From positions 124,001 through 188,000 of the forward strand of contig JBDOQK010000054.1 in NCBI GenBank assembly GCA_040437565.1: DNA of 64,000 nt, written 5' to 3'. The translations under genes were made by a program, and so were the position numbers. This document shows positions 33,446 to 47,069 of the stretch, piece by piece (within the stretch, counting starts at the first letter, position 1; each line of letters begins with the position of its first letter). Source of the DNA: Albugo candida. Lineage: Eukaryota. The notes below the pieces were generated by a model. It worked only from the letters and a program-made list of their open reading frames with translations, made no database searches and had not been told where the DNA came from.

Positions 33446-34940
33446 ATGGACCTTTTGAAGCCGGTACGCAAAGCAGTCACCGATCCGCAGCTACCGCAAT
33501 CAAGCCTACATGAACCTAGCATGATTGACGAAGATTGGGAGGAATGGAGTCCCGAAAAAGGATCGTTCTTGCACCATATGATGGCAGGATCTGCAGCAGG
33601 TGTGGCAGAACACGTATCTATATTCCCAATTGACACAATTAAAGTGCGAAGTCCGACAATTCGTTGCGTGCATTTGGACTGAATATGTCGTTATGCTTCA
33701 AACACGTAGACTCACATGCAATGCGAACAATGTCATTGGAGCGGTAGTAGTAGCAAATCCTCAGCCTTAGAAACCCTCCGAAGGCTTTTAAAGGAAGAAG
33801 GACCGCTTCGATTGTTTCGGGGAGTCAGCACAATGCTGGGCGCGAGCTTACCCGCGCATGCATTGTATTTCTCGATATTTGAATATGCAAAGCGAACATT
33901 TGGTGCGAATTGCGCGGAACCAACGCCTTTTGCTTCGGGTACATACGTATTTGGTAAATAGATGGCTGTATCGGGCTAAAAAGCGCGTTTTTCGCCAGGT
34001 GCGGCGGGAGTATGCGGGACGATATGTCATGATCTCATTATGACCCCAATGGATGTACGATTCCGTATTGAATCTCATCAATTCCATCGTTGTGAAGAAG
34101 GGCTGTCTGTATTTCGTTAGCTCGTGAAACAGCGTCTACAGCTAGGATACTACAGCGGAGTGTGGAACTGTATGAAAACAGTGCGTGCGAATTGGACCTC
34201 AAAGGGTATCGATATTGACTCATATTGGTAGATCACACGCACCGAAGGATTACGAGCGTTTTACATCAGTTTTCCCACGACGCTGCTCATGAATCTTCCA
34301 TACAGTATGATTATGGTGTCTGCCAATGAATCCTTCAAAAAGATGCTCAATCCGACCGGAGAAATGAATGTGATTGCTTATCTCTCATCCGGTGCAGCAG
34401 CTGGAGCTTTGGTACGCATTCGATGACACTGCATACGATCTGTTGCCAACTGTGTGATGTATCAGGCAGGCGCATTGACGAATCCGTTGGATGTCGCGAA
34501 AACGAGATTACAGACCCAAAACATTTTTGTAGAAAACGAAATTGCGGTATTGATGTCCTCAACGTGTATCACAAGTCTTTGACGATCAATGTACGTATCT
34601 GTGCATGCTAGTGTCATCAAGTGCCATGCAAGCAATTGGAGTCAGTCCATCGAACACAAAGCGCTTCGTTGTCGCACACATTGGCTCGAGAGAAGGTAAG
34701 TCTTGTTGTTGGTGACATTTCTTGATGCTCAACGTCGATGTCTATCAGCCAGAACACGTCTTGCGACCACGCGTGCAATATCGTGGTCTCGTGGACACTC
34801 TGATCCAAATCGGCACACAAGAAGGCATCGGAGGCTACTTTAGAGGAGTATGTCCTCGTTTGCTGCTCCACGCTCCGTCCGTTGCGATATCCTGGACAAC
34901 TTTTGAAGTCCTTAAGAAGATACTGGACCCAGATTCTTGA
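33446..34940 (+). CDS. Mitochondrial carrier, mitoferrin (MRS3/4, SLC25A28/37)-like, multi-exon
   Basis: EDWEE...HMMAGSAAGVAEHVSIFPIDTIK, LFRGVSTMLGASLPAHALYFSIFE, HDLIMTPMD, AFYISFPTTLLMNLPY, TNPLDVAKTRLQTQ, FRGVCPRLLLHAPSVAISWTTFE. Confidence 0.92.
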
Positions 34941-35231
34941 GTGTGCAAAGAAAGACATCGTATAGCCGCCAACCACACTGCATCGACGCATTGTCGAGAT
35001 ACTGGATCGTGCGTACAGAAATCATCAATTTTGTGATAGAGAAACTCGTGTGCAAAAATATGAGACTATCTTATACTTTTAATTATCATCGCCTGGCGGG
35101 AGCATTTTGGGGGTTGATCGATGGGGTTTTCACGCTTGGATGCTGCTGCTTCTCTTCTGGCAGCTGATTTTCTATCACAAGACTGAGCTGCTCTTTTACT
35201 CGAAAATTTGATCTGTAGACTCAACTTCACT

Positions 35232-37116
35232 TCAAAGCAATTGGGGAAGAAGACTTGTGCTCCCATCTAGGTATTGAGGTCTGGACTGGATCGGATACCG
35301 AGCTGAATTAGTCGGCATGATCGAAGTATCAGCGGACCGTACACTAGCACGGCATAGTGGGCAAGAATGCTCTCGATCCAGCCATTCTGAAACACACTCT
35401 TCACAGAAAATATGGGAGCAGCTCAATTTGACTGGACGCTTCATTCGCTCATAACATATCGAGCAATCCGGGGAACCAGCTTCCACTACGTCTTCTTCGG
35501 TCACATACGTTCCAAACTCAAGATTCAGTGATAGAAAAGAGCGAATCAATGTATAGATCGTCTGTGCCTGAAGCGCAAGAACCAAAGCCTGATGCAACAA
35601 TGAGCAGTAACCAAAATATTTTCCGAGAAAGGTGCTTTACCTTCATGAAAATGTATGCAAATGTCACGGCATCTGCGACGGATTCCGTCGAGCCAATCTG
35701 AGTAAACGCTGTAGCATAAAGAAAAAGCCTCGAGGACGATAGTTGCGTACCTGATAATACGTGCACCACGGCACTCCAGCCAACGCGGAGCGTGTGAAAA
35801 TGGAGACGACTTCGATGATTGCAAGAAGCTTTCTCTAAAAGTGACATGAAGAGTGAGGTATGAAATCGACACCCTCGAGAAATTGGATCTCACTTTGCGT
35901 CGATAATAGAGAACGTGCCAATTTGGACCGCTTGAAGAGAGCCTAGCGGAAGTATCGTCATCATGCATATCATTTTCATGCTCTAATCTTGTGAGTTCCG
36001 AGTCGGGCAAAGTCGTGTGCGTTCTCCCGTAAAAAGCAGTACTCGATCCACACAGCTTTACAAGCGCTTGACATTTCACCATAAATTGTGTCCATACTTC
36101 TAATGTCATTGCGGTTGCCATTGCTTTCAGAATGATACTGAAAAGCCGTATAATAAAGTCTAACGCGTGAATGATCAGCACCTCTACTTCATAGGAGCCT
36201 GAATTATCGTACCATTCACGAGAATCGCGCCAATCACTTTCCAAAATAAATCTTTGACTGCTACATCGCTCTTCGAATCAAATGAATCCGTCTGAAGGAA
36301 CAAATTCTTTTTGAATTGGCGGTACGGATTGATATCTCCATTGACACATGCGAGCGCAAATATATCGATAATACAAATTGCAGCGATTCCAAAAACCTTG
36401 TAATTGTTCACATTCTCTTTCAGTACGATCTGACCTCGAAGTCGTTGGTCGAGACCCATTATCGATAGACTTCCGGTGACAAGAATAAAAATGCCCAATG
36501 TATGTTGATACGCAAAATGCAATAGGAACAAAGAGAGAAATGGGAGTGATTGATGACATCGACGATACAGATTCTTCAATTCTTCGTATAAAGAGAGATC
36601 CGTCTCATCATTTCCATTTTCCGGCTCGGTTCCTCCCTCTGACTCTCCATTTTCTATCGGAAGTATCTGATTCCTTCTCTGTGAAGCTGAATTGGAATTG
36701 GTACCGTCTGTAATTCCATCCCGGCTTTGCTCTTCCACAGGAAGCCCAGATGGAGTATGTTCCAAAGGCCCCGACGTCGTGAGTAGCTGCTGGTTGATTC
36801 CACGCAATCGATCGATTTGAACGCGGAGAATCTGACTTGAGAGACATCGAAATGTGCTGGAATCGATAGTAATGGTACTGCTTTGCGGTTCTTCCAGGGC
36901 AGCATCCGAGACGCCATTTTCAGGAGCCAACAAAGCGATCCTTTGTGTTACATTTTCACTCATTTGCGTGTTTTCCGCGACGTTTAAAGGCGTACTGCTT
37001 GTCGTTTCGCACGAAAGCGTACGTTCCGTGTCGTCCATCCGCTCAACCTCTCGTACACCATCCCCATCAGCGCAAATAATCGCTGATTCCGAAGGAATCA
37101 CGGGATAGAGAACCAT
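35232..37116 (-). CDS. RING finger and transmembrane domain protein (RNFT1/2-like E3 ligase), multi-exon
   Basis: SLPFLSLFLLHFAYQHTLGIF...LRGQIVLKE and several TM segments. C-terminal C3HC4: CSICYERMKRPVKLSCSHIFCEECVSEWLDREHSCPLCRASV...DGSTSLLPQL. Confidence 0.88.
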
Positions 37117-37757
37117 TTTAAAGTGTAGAGACAATAGAGAAAACAAAGTGTTTATTGGCTTAAAAAACACTGTCAATCGGATGCGCAAAATGGTACTTTG
37201 TTACTGCTATTACGCGCGTTCTCTTTCAATTGAACAGGTGGATGTGGGTGTCGTGTCCATACGTAAAAGCATACAAAATGCGTACAGTCTTATTAGCTCA
37301 CATGTCAATCGCTGACGCAACGTAAATCGAAGAAAAAGCAGTAAGAAAAGTGATGGAGTAGCGACACAAAAATCGAATATAAAATCACACACAACGATTT
37401 CATGTGTTACGCAGACACACTGACGGAACGGATTGTCATCTGTGTGCTTTGTCCATCGCATTCGAATCTTTTTAGATTTACACTCTCTGTCCCCGTCTCT
37501 GCATAACTATTGTTTCATCGATATTCTTTCGTATTGGCTGAAAGTTTTGGTCTAAAATTGAGACATCGATGCATTTCCACTTCTCTTTTCTATTGAACGG
37601 TTTCCGCGAAAATAGAATAATTGTCGAGCTTCCTGCTTTCCCACCGCTCGGCAATCCGACTGATCTTAAGACTTTAGTTTTCGCAAGTACGAGTGCATAC
37701 TGTGACCCAATTGAGATCTCACTAAAGCTCGACCAAAGCTCAGATCTCTACTAAATC

Positions 37758-40022
37758 ATGTCGGCTACATCGGGTTTGGCTGCATCTCGCGATGAGGGTT
37801 TTGTGGCCAAAACAGTAGCCGTCAATGAGTCTATTTGCGATGTGACATTAGAACCGCATTGGATGCGGCCTTTGTCCGCTAAGAGCCTGAAAACTTCGCC
37901 ACGAAAGAGGGAGAGGACAGATAGTTTATCGCAACAATTGGCACCTCCAATATCGCAACGACAGAAATCTCAGGATAGTTGTGATCAGGAGAAGCTTCAA
38001 TCTGTGAGCATGCATGAGGCATCATTGGGCAAAGCTGATACGCAATTCAATTCTACGATTGGTACTAAAACTAATTTAGCAAAGGAAAAGAGCAATCCCA
38101 GGAGGTGGACAAAGCAGGAGGTACGATGAAAGTACTCGTTACAGAATTGTCAATGGCTGGGTCTCTTACAGGATGAAGCATTGCGTCTCGCGGTGGAGAG
38201 GAGTGGTGAACGGAATTGGAAGGTTGATGGAATACTATCAGCACTTGATGTGGAATGATAGAGTGAGATGTGTGTTTAGACCATTGCTGATCAAGTTCCT
38301 GGTCGGAATCATACACAGTGCTTGCAACGATGGACAAAAGTGTTAAAGCCTGGATTGATTAAAGTACGCAGATCTGATTCACGGCTACATCCTGATAGAA
38401 AGACTTGACTCTTTAGGGTCATTGGACCATCGAGGAAGATGCGAAACTTAAAGGGCTGGTCGCAAATGGGATTCGAAATTGGGGTCATGTCGCGTCTATG
38501 ATTCCGGGTCGAACGTATGCCTCTTAATTGGGTGATTTTTGAAGATAAACGAGTCGAGTTTTCGGTAGATCCAAGCAGTGTCGGGAACGATGGTGCAATC
38601 ATTTAGACCCGAACATTAACAAAGGGTGCTGCACTACCAATATATAATTTGCTCGAGCTCACGCGTAATCGCACATGTTAGGTCATATTCTGAAGAGGAG
38701 GATCGTATCATTTTAGAAATGCAGGCAAGACTAGGCAATCGATGGTCGGTGATCGCTCAGCATCTAAAAGTATGACTACGACCATCGGATTCAGTGCTTG
38801 ACGACAATTTTTTGACAGGGTCGGACGGAGGATGCTGTGAAAATACGCTGGAAATCACTCAAGCGAGGACATCGATCTCTGTATAAGGAATGTAGGGACA
38901 AAAAAAATGATCAAAGGTCGAAAGAGAGCTCAGCATTCGTCCAGTGTGAGGACCTTCTCAATGTGACACCAAGCAAGAAGGTTCCAGTCGTGCTTTTCCC
39001 AAAAGAACCAGAATCTACAGCCTTAGCTGCCCACTTGCACTCATCGAATTTCTCGGGACAGCAAGTGCCTTCCAGCGATGCAACTCAAGCTATTCCCGTG
39101 TCATCATACGTAGTCCGAATGAACAAGTTGACAAATATTTTGCCAGAATCAGGTTCCCGTCAACATAGTCCAGCCTGCATCATAAATGGTGTTAGAACAT
39201 CCGCTAGCAGTGCGTCCAAGCCAAACGCGCCGACCCAACTGGTGACAACTAACCTTCCGCTGGATACGCCTCCATATTGGCATCGCTCATCAGCAGTCGA
39301 GATGGTGCGTGCATAGAAATTGTGCTCAACGTAATAACTCAGCAACTGTGTGCTTTTAGCCGAGCAATTCGACTCCATTGAATAATTTCTCGCAGCAATT
39401 CACCCCAATATCTGTGTATCCGCCCGAATTACATTATGGCCAAGCGATTACTGCTTCCGATCGAGTAGTACGAAAAAGCCCTTCACGAGAAGAATGGGGC
39501 TCATCAAGCACCCCACGAAATGTCTATCCTCCATACTCGGCTATTCATGCTCATGCAAATGATCTGCTGCAGCAGCAACGACTACGTTTAATCGTACAAG
39601 AACGTGATAAAGCAGCACTTGTTTTCTCATCTGCTCTTTCACCGGGTCAAGCATTGCTGACAAAAGAGCTGGAAGCGAATAAGGAGAGACAAAAGGAGCA
39701 GCAGGCCTTCATGCATCAGGGATGGAATAATGCTGCGCAAGTTATGATGTTGCTAAACCATGTATGCTAAATGTCTGTGTAATTCTTTGGCCTTTTATTT
39801 GACTGATTCGGGGAGTAGGATAGTGAAACCTGTGAAGATTCCAGTCTCTCGTATGAAGGCTTGATGGAAAAAGTAAGGCTATCAGAGCTTAAGCCTTCCG
39901 GAGATGAGTTTTTAGAATCCAACGAAGTCGACGACGCAGGTAGACATATCGCGCTGCTCTCTTTGGCTTGGATTGAGTGTGTCTTGGTAGATGAGTCGAG
40001 CAGAAGAAAAGCTTTCACTTGA
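37758..40022 (+). CDS. R1R2R3-Myb transcription factor, multi-exon
   Basis: Spliced: RRWTKQEDEALRLAVERSGERNWKTIADQVPGRNHTQCLQRWTKVLKPGLIKGHWTIEED...NWGHVASMIPGRTSKQCRERWCNHLDPNINKGSYSEEEDRIILEMQARLGNRWSVIAQHLKGRTEDAVKIRWKSL. Confidence 0.92.
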
Positions 40023-40203
40023 AGCTTGATAGATTTGTATCAATGTGCTGAATGCGATTGTATCATAGTGATCAAAGGCAACTGTAGACGTACAACACGC
40101 TGTATTCCTACAAACCCTTGGTGTGAGAATAGAAAGGGTTTTTGTATCGAATTCGCAGATTAACATCAAATAAAACTCGCATCTAATACTGCGAGAAATC
40201 TGT

Positions 40204-40398
40204 TCATCGGGCCTCGAATTGTATGAGACGTTTTGTTCGTGCTTTGTACATGATGCGATATCCACAGGCACGACAGCGGATTGGATCTCGTGCCGAAAGA
40301 TAATTTACAATACCACAATCCCCACATATGTATTTTATTTCTGAATCTTTCACATTATCCATGCGAGTGGAGCCGGAAGGCGCGGAATTGTTGTCCAT
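40204..40398 (-). CDS. RPB12: RNA polymerase I/II/III common subunit RPABC4
   Basis: YICGDCG.......[27 protein letters not shown]. Confidence 0.95.
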   Translation of the reverse strand: MDNNSAPSGSTRMDNVKDSEIKYICGDCGIVNYLSARDPIRCRACGYRIMYKARTKRLIQFEAR

Positions 40399-40512
40399 TA
40401 ATTCCAATCCAATTTAATAGTACCGTTACATATTTCTCATAAGGCTATACTGCTCTGATTGGATGTTATTACAGCACCTTGGCTAGTCATTGGCTGTAAT
40501 AATACGATCGAC
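40399..40512. promoter_or_regulatory. Short bidirectional promoter between RPB12 and NMD3 with two CCAAT boxes
   Basis: 114-bp head-to-head spacer containing CTGATTGG (~40455-40462) and TCATTGGCT (~40487-40495). Confidence 0.55.
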
Positions 40513-42725
40513 ATGATGATGCTTGACCAACGGAATTTGACGGATCACTTGCCGACAATGTGAGCGTTTATGCAGTCAGGAATGCTCGAATAGATCTAAT
40601 TTGTTGTCTACATAGTCTTTGTTGCATATGCTCGACAGCAATCCAAGCAAGTGCCGCCAATATTTGCTCTACATGCTTGAAAAATGAGACGGACATCAGT
40701 GAGAAAATACCTAAAGAATACATCATACAGCAATGTCGTGGATGCCTCAAGTATGCAAACTTCATATTTAATATCACACGCTATACGCTAATACGCATCC
40801 TTCTTTTCAGATGGCAACGACCTCCGTGGATTGCAGCAGAATTGGAGTCCAAAGAACTGCTTGCGTTGTGTCTAAAGAAAATCAGCGGCTTACAACACGT
40901 GAAATTGGTGGATGCGGTGTGGATATGGACTGAACCTCATTCAAAAAGACTTCAGCTCAAAATAACCATTCAAAAAGAAGTTTTAAGCAAAGTGGTGATC
41001 CAACAGGCTCTATTGATCAATTTTATAGTGAGAAATTTGCAATGCGATGACTGCCAGTCGATTTTTTCAAATCAATCATGGAAAGCTGTGGTCCAAGTGA
41101 GGCAGAAACTCGACCATAAACGCACNNNNNNNNNNNNNNNNNNNNNNNNNNNNNNNNNNNNNNNNNNNNNNNNNNNNNNNNNNNNNNNNNNNNNNNNNNN
41201 NNNNNNNNNNNNNNNNNNNNNNNNNGTGAGCGTTTATGCAGTCAGGAATGCTCGAATAGATCTAATTTGTTGTCTACATAGTCTTTGTTGCATATGCTCG
41301 ACAGCAATCCAAGCAAGTGCCGCCAATATTTGCTCTACATGCTTGAAAAATGAGACGGACATCAGTGAGAAAATACCTAAAGAATACATCATACAGCAAT
41401 GTCGTGGATGCCTCAAGTATGCAAACTTCATATTTAATATCACACGCTATACGCTAATACGCATCCTTCTTTTCAGATGGCAACGACCTCCGTGGATTGC
41501 AGCAGAATTGGAGTCCAAAGAACTGCTTGCGTTGTGTCTAAAGAAAATCAGCGGCTTACAACACGTGAAATTGGTGGATGCGGTGTGGATATGGACTGAA
41601 CCTCATTCAAAAAGACTTCAGCTCAAAATAACCATTCAAAAAGAAGTTTTAAGCAAAGTGGTGATCCAACAGGCTCTATTGATCAATTTTATAGTGAGAA
41701 ATTTGCAATGCGATGACTGCCAGTCGATTTTTTCAAATCAATCATGGAAAGCTGTGGTCCAAGTGAGGCAGAAACTCGACCATAAACGCACATTTTACTT
41801 TTTGGAGCAGTTGATATTGAAACATCAAGCGCATGCAAAGACTTCGAGCATTGAAACACAGCCTAATGGCGTCGACTTTTTCTTTCTTGAGAGAAATCAC
41901 GCCCAACGATTTGTAGACTTTTTGGAAGAATGTGTTCCGCTCAAGTACGTTCTTCAAACGCCGAATCCCTTGATACTGATCTCGGTACGTGTACCAGGCT
42001 CAAAACAGCTAAGAAACTTGTTTCGGCCGATAATCATAGCAACACACACAATTACAAATTCACGTACTCGGTCGAAATAGCTCCTGTCTGTAAAGATGAT
42101 CTGGTTGTACTCCCGATAAAGCTGGCTCGAAGTCTCGGTAATATACACAATCTGTGCTTGGTGACTTCAGTATCCTCTTCTATTCATGTGGTGGACCCGT
42201 TCACATTGCAAACGTAAGAAGCTTGTTCTTAATCAGAGCTTGTTCTTAATCAGAGCTTGATCTCAAACTCTTTATAGGGCGGAAATTGACGGTGGAAAGT
42301 ATTGGCGTCATCCCTTCCAAGGCGTTCGGTCAGTCAAAGCTCTCAAGGAGTACACAGTTCTGGATATCAACCCATGCATTCGAGCTCAAGGGGATGGTAA
42401 GGCGTATCATGTGAATAAGAAGACGCGCTTAGTCGAAGTCGAAGTCGTTCGAGAATGTGATTTTGGCGTCAATGATAATCGGTTTTTTGCTGTCACACAT
42501 CTTGGAAACGTGCTTCATGTTGGAGACACTGTTCTCTGCTACGACCTCACAAGCTCTGTGTTCAATGACAATGATATTAAGCCGCTCGAGGAACTCAAAA
42601 TCACGCTTCCAGATGTTGTGCTCGTGCGGAAGAAATTCTCCAGGCGAAGCAAAAAGCGGAATTGGAAACTCCAACAATTGAAGGAAATTCATTCTGAGCT
42701 TCCGGGTCAGAAGAACAATCGAGTT
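40513..42725 (+). CDS. NMD3: 60S ribosomal export adaptor NMD3, multi-exon; contains a gap-overlap duplication and its 3' end is lost in a gap
   Basis: CCICSTAI..SAANICSTCL, WIAAELESKELLALCLKKI, LVDAVWIWTEPHSKRL, WKAVVQVRQKLDHKRTFYFLEQLILKH, YKFTYSVEIAPVCKDDLV, THLGNVLHVGDTVLCYDL. Confidence 0.95.
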
Positions 42726-42825
42726 NNNNNNNNNNNNNNNNNNNNNNNNNNNNNNNNNNNNNNNNNNNNNNNNNNNNNNNNNNNNNNNNNNNNNNNNNNN
42801 NNNNNNNNNNNNNNNNNNNNNNNNN

Positions 42826-44619
42826 TGTCGTGCCATTGACAGAGCGTGCCAACACCTTTTGTCGAAACAGATCGTCGTTCGACACGACAGCCGCAGTCAG
42901 ATGGGCATGCATTTTCTCCAAAAGTTGCAAAACTAGATCCAGTTGGTCGTCGCTGTACTTCGTAAGAATTTGAAATGGACCAAAAATCTCAGTGGTAACC
43001 AATTCGAAGTTCTCCTTTTTTAGAATCTCCTCCAAAGGAACAAAGACCGCTGTTGGTCGGATCGCACCATAGACTTTTGGAATCGAATGATTTTCTACCA
43101 CAAAGTCTCAATGAGACAAAGTCCCTACCAGGAAGATGATCCTTACCGAGTTCCTTTCCTCCAAAACTCAGACGGGCACCGGGTATTTTCAAAAGAGTCT
43201 CGACGTGACCAAGCATTCGTTCGGTGGTAACGGTCAGAACTGGTCCAATGGTGAGGTTAGACAGCTTTCGACGCTCGGCAAGTTGACCAAGCTTCTCCTC
43301 AATACCGACATCCACCCAATTTTGATGCATGAAAAGAATTGACTGAGCTGAGCATTTTTGTCCAGAGCAAGCGTAAGCATCCTAGACCATCATACAAAGT
43401 TGAGAGAACTTTTGTTTACACACTGCTGTGGTCATCCAACCTGGTCACACGTCCATGCAACATATTCTTGCTCATGCACATCGGGACCAAGGATCTGTAA
43501 AAAGAACGTGGTCAAGAATCTAGTCGCTAGACACATCACAAGGCTTACCTTCCAGTCAAATCCTGCATCCTCCAATTTGATTCGACCGACCATATCAAGT
43601 GCGAGCTTCTCAGCTACAGCCGAAGACCTGGAGAAAATGTACAATTTTGTCACGATGACAGAAGTAAGATGCAGGTTTCTCTACCCAGTAAAGAGTGTGT
43701 TTCGCGGCTTTGCAGCAGTGAGCACTGCATTCATCACTTGACCGTTCGAATGAATCAAATCCACATCTCTTGGTGGCAAGCCACAAGCATGAAGCATTCG
43801 TAGTGCCTCCTGCATCACAATACTGACTTTCGAATCAACTTTGATCAATACTTTATTGCCCATATACAAGGCTCCCATCAACTGTAGCAATGGAATTTCA
43901 AACGGGAAATTGAACGGAGTGATCAGCGCCACAGGACCATAGGGCCATCGGTACCCAACACTGGTTTGACCCACATGATTACCGGGAGCTCCAAACGACT
44001 TGGCCAAAAATCGAACTTGATCGCCACCAAAATTCTCAAAGAATTTTTCCGTCACGATGACTTCAGTCTCAGCTTGCATGTAGCTTTTGGGTGAGACTCG
44101 TTGGATAAGTCGAGTGAAAAAATCAGCGACTTGGGGATCGCGTAACATTGCGGCGGCTTTGTGCGATATATCTCCATAAAGAACATAACTGCAATAACGA
44201 TGATGAAACTACGGACTCGGTAAAGCTGAGATCCCACCGTTCCACGTTATTGAGAGGATTATGAAGTCCATATTTTGGCGTTTGTCGGAGACTTTGAATA
44301 AAAGGCTCAATTTCTTTCGTTGAGGTGGAAGGCATTTTGAGAAATGTTTCGCCATTGAGAGGATCAACGATTTCTTCCGTCATTTCAGTATTTGTCCATT
44401 GTCCATTCACTTGAGAATCAGTCAATAAACATGTTCATACTCGAAAGGGAAAGCTTTTTTACCGAAATTTTGGCCGATTCCTGGTTTACTGCTCGTCAAG
44501 TTATTGGGATCGACAGTCGCCCAGCTTGGAATCGCTGAATAACAACGACAATCCTTCAGCGAATGGCGAGAAAAGAACGATACAATTGGCGTTCGACATG
44601 GACGCAAAAAGCGAAGCAT
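42826..44619 (-). CDS. ALDH12A1: Mitochondrial delta-1-pyrroline-5-carboxylate dehydrogenase, ALDH12 (plant-type), multi-exon; 3' end in a gap
   Basis: PSWATVDP, PKYGLHNPL, DFFTRLIQRVSPKSYMQA, ENFGGDQVRFLAKSF, RWPYGPVALITPFNFPFEIPLLQLMGALYMGNK, IKLEDAGFDWK, EIFGPFQ, HLTAAVVSND. Confidence 0.93.
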
Positions 44620-45011
44620 TGTATTATGATATTTGCATAATTACACTTGACTCTCAACCTTATTACATAAATGGCATCCTGGATGGACCCTGTGACAGCT
44701 CGATTTTTGATGCTCTCTACATGACCACGCTGACAGCTAACTTGGTATGATTCATAGCGTCATGTCTATACTAGGAAAGCAGATGTGTAGAATCAAGCTG
44801 TACTCACACATCTTAGACATTCTATCCTTTTCTTGCGACGTGGCAAGTGTTACTGTCAAACGATGCCAGCACATTCTTAGTTTGCAACTGAATATGCGAG
44901 AGACTTTCAAGCTCACAGTAGAAAACAGACAAGCGATGTGTTTCTTCATTTGAAACAACTTGCATCATAGTAATACCTGCAGCTTCTTACACTTGTTAAA
45001 ACGCATTCGCA

Positions 45012-47069
45012 ATGAAAGATAAAATTGTCATTAAATCTGCAGTTCGAAAATGGAGGCGAAAAAATCTTGTCAATTCGAGCTTCAAACTGATTTTTGGCAC
45101 TCTGATACTCGCTTTTATATGGACTAGCTTTTTCCCCATATATCCAATCGAAAATACCTCCACTCTCAGCTCCACTGCTATGAAGCAAATAAAATCGCAA
45201 TTTATCGATACCATCCTTTCCCCAAAAGCTAACGCGAATCACTCGAGTATCCTGATAAAGGAGCCGAGCATGCAAAAAATCACTCCGACTTTTGCGCTTG
45301 CACCTGGAACTTGTGATGATCGGGATTATATTCCAAAGGGACTGCATGGGAATCAAAACGTTCATGTATCTCAACCTATGGAGAAAATTCTCCCGCAGTC
45401 AAATGAAGTCTTTTTCATGCTGAATGGGCAAAATGACGGGCTTTATGTCTCGTACAATGATAAGTTTGGATGCATTCATGCCGCTGCGACGTTTGCAGCA
45501 ATTTCGCTCGGTGCGGATGCCAATTTGTTGCAAAATGGAGTTCGATTATATTCACAATTCGGCTTCCCAATACTGAACACTGAGCATCTCATAAAAGCAA
45601 ATCGTATTGTTCACATACTGCTGGATTATCAACTATGGACATGGCCAGGCATACGAGTGGGCTACAAATACAAATTGGAAAGTGGTGTTGTGCTCACGAC
45701 AATTGGATTGTCACCAAAAGTGTTTGATGTCGAACATTTTTTCACCGCGAATGAAGGAGATCGAATTATCGAAGAAGGCTCACACGAATTGCATAAACGG
45801 GATCGCCATAATGATGTGAATCAAGCACGAACATGCGAATCAGTATTTTTACGTGCAAATAGATTCACTCAAGATCTTCAGCGTCGAGGAGCTCAAATTA
45901 CTCGCGCACCTTCTCCATCTTTTGCTGAGACTCTGCAGCTTGTTCGGTACGGTATCGGCGACTTTTATCGTCAACACCTTGATGTATTACAATCACGAGA
46001 ATTCGTGCCCGAGCATTGGAATACTTTCACTTTCAATGATTTTGCAGCATGGGTTTCGTGGGCAGCCAACAGAATCCAGCAACTTGGAGACCGAGTACCG
46101 CATGATTTCAAGATAGGTGGACGATTCTTTCCAGCTCTGTATGATGTGAAGGGTTTTCATCTCGAGTTACTTAGCCTTTTTGTGCAAGAGGCAAGGAAAA
46201 GTAAGTTGTTTCTGATTCATTCAGATGAAGCGTGGGATGAATGGCTGACGACCAATATCCATCGCCAATCCACCGATATCATCTCAGTCTTACTGAAGGA
46301 AGGAAATCGCCCCGAGTATCTTCCTATCATAGTGAGAGCATGGGAACACGCTATTGGACTACCCGAGCTACGATACACTTTCCCTCCCAAAAGGGTCAAT
46401 GGTTTATCTCACTACTACAATTGGATCAGATGGGCTAAAGAACGCATCTCATTCTACGGGGATTCTCTTCCACAACATGTTCGCCCGGGAACGCGTCTAT
46501 ACCCAACATATATGGACACATTTCAAGTTGTACTACTCGACTATATTTTGGGAGATTACAACGCGGAGACTATGACCAAGCTGATCGGAAACTCGTGGTA
46601 TGACTGGATGATCTCAAATCGACGTGAGCCTGGAGCTCTCGGAAAAGTTTTGCAGGCTTTTCCGAGTGTTGTCAACCTGGTTGTCCGATCTTGGGAAGCT
46701 CGTGCTCAAGTACCTAATCTTCGATACAGCATCCCATTCTATGTAAAGGATTTTCAACCACAGAGATATGCAACTTTGTCTATGTACTTGAACAATCAAG
46801 CAATACGTGGAGGTGAGAAGGTATTTCCGTACTCAGTCGATCATGCTCATGACACTGGAATCCATAAAAAGGAAATGCCAGAATGCTCAAGTGGTCTTGT
46901 TGTACCTCCAAATGCTCTTCACGCGACTTTATACTATAGTCAAACTCCAGAGGATGATATTGACAGCATGAGCATCCACGGTGATTGTCCATTGGACGAA
47001 GGAACAAAATGGGTTTTAAATCTTTTTATGTGGAACGCGAATGCTGAAGAAGGCGCATCGATCTGGTAG
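45012..47069 (+). CDS. Type II membrane prolyl-4-hydroxylase-like oxygenase with a large insert (paralog 2)
   Basis: Colinear with paralog 1: TM, LSPKVFDVEHFFT, LQLVRY..GDFYRQHLD, QRYATLSMYLN..GGEKVFP, SIHGDCP...KW. Confidence 0.9.
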   Translation: MKDKIVIKSAVRKWRRKNLVNSSFKLIFGTLILAFIWTSFFPIYPIENTSTLSSTAMKQIKSQFIDTILSPKANANHSSILIKEPSMQKITPTFALAPGTCDDRDYIPKGLHGNQNVHVSQPMEKILPQSNEVFFMLNGQNDGLYVSYNDKFGCIHAAATFAAISLGADANLLQNGVRLYSQFGFPILNTEHLIKANRIVHILLDYQLWTWPGIRVGYKYKLESGVVLTTIGLSPKVFDVEHFFTANEGDRIIEEGSHELHKRDRHNDVNQARTCESVFLRANRFTQDLQRRGAQITRAPSPSFAETLQLVRYGIGDFYRQHLDVLQSREFVPEHWNTFTFNDFAAWVSWAANRIQQLGDRVPHDFKIGGRFFPALYDVKGFHLELLSLFVQEARKSKLFLIHSDEAWDEWLTTNIHRQSTDIISVLLKEGNRPEYLPIIVRAWEHAIGLPELRYTFPPKRVNGLSHYYNWIRWAKERISFYGDSLPQHVRPGTRLYPTYMDTFQVVLLDYILGDYNAETMTKLIGNSWYDWMISNRREPGALGKVLQAFPSVVNLVVRSWEARAQVPNLRYSIPFYVKDFQPQRYATLSMYLNNQAIRGGEKVFPYSVDHAHDTGIHKKEMPECSSGLVVPPNALHATLYYSQTPEDDIDSMSIHGDCPLDEGTKWVLNLFMWNANAEEGASIW

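Noticed and set aside
40560-41791. Apparent internal duplication in NMD3 (likewise at 19329-19720, 27420-28431, 29414-29845 and 58297-58648)
   Set aside because: Same gap-overlap artefact. The ORF track reads through the Ns and creates false repeat proteins.
42220-42259. 17-bp tandem repeat AGCTTGTTCTTAATCAG (about 2.3 copies)
   Set aside because: A small slippage duplication within an NMD3 intron. It is not CRISPR-like and has no evident function.
42826-44619. Plant-type ALDH12 as host contamination or horizontal transfer
   Set aside because: Intron style and composition match the neighbouring genes, and ALDH12-type P5CDH is known outside plants. Nothing here indicates recent transfer.
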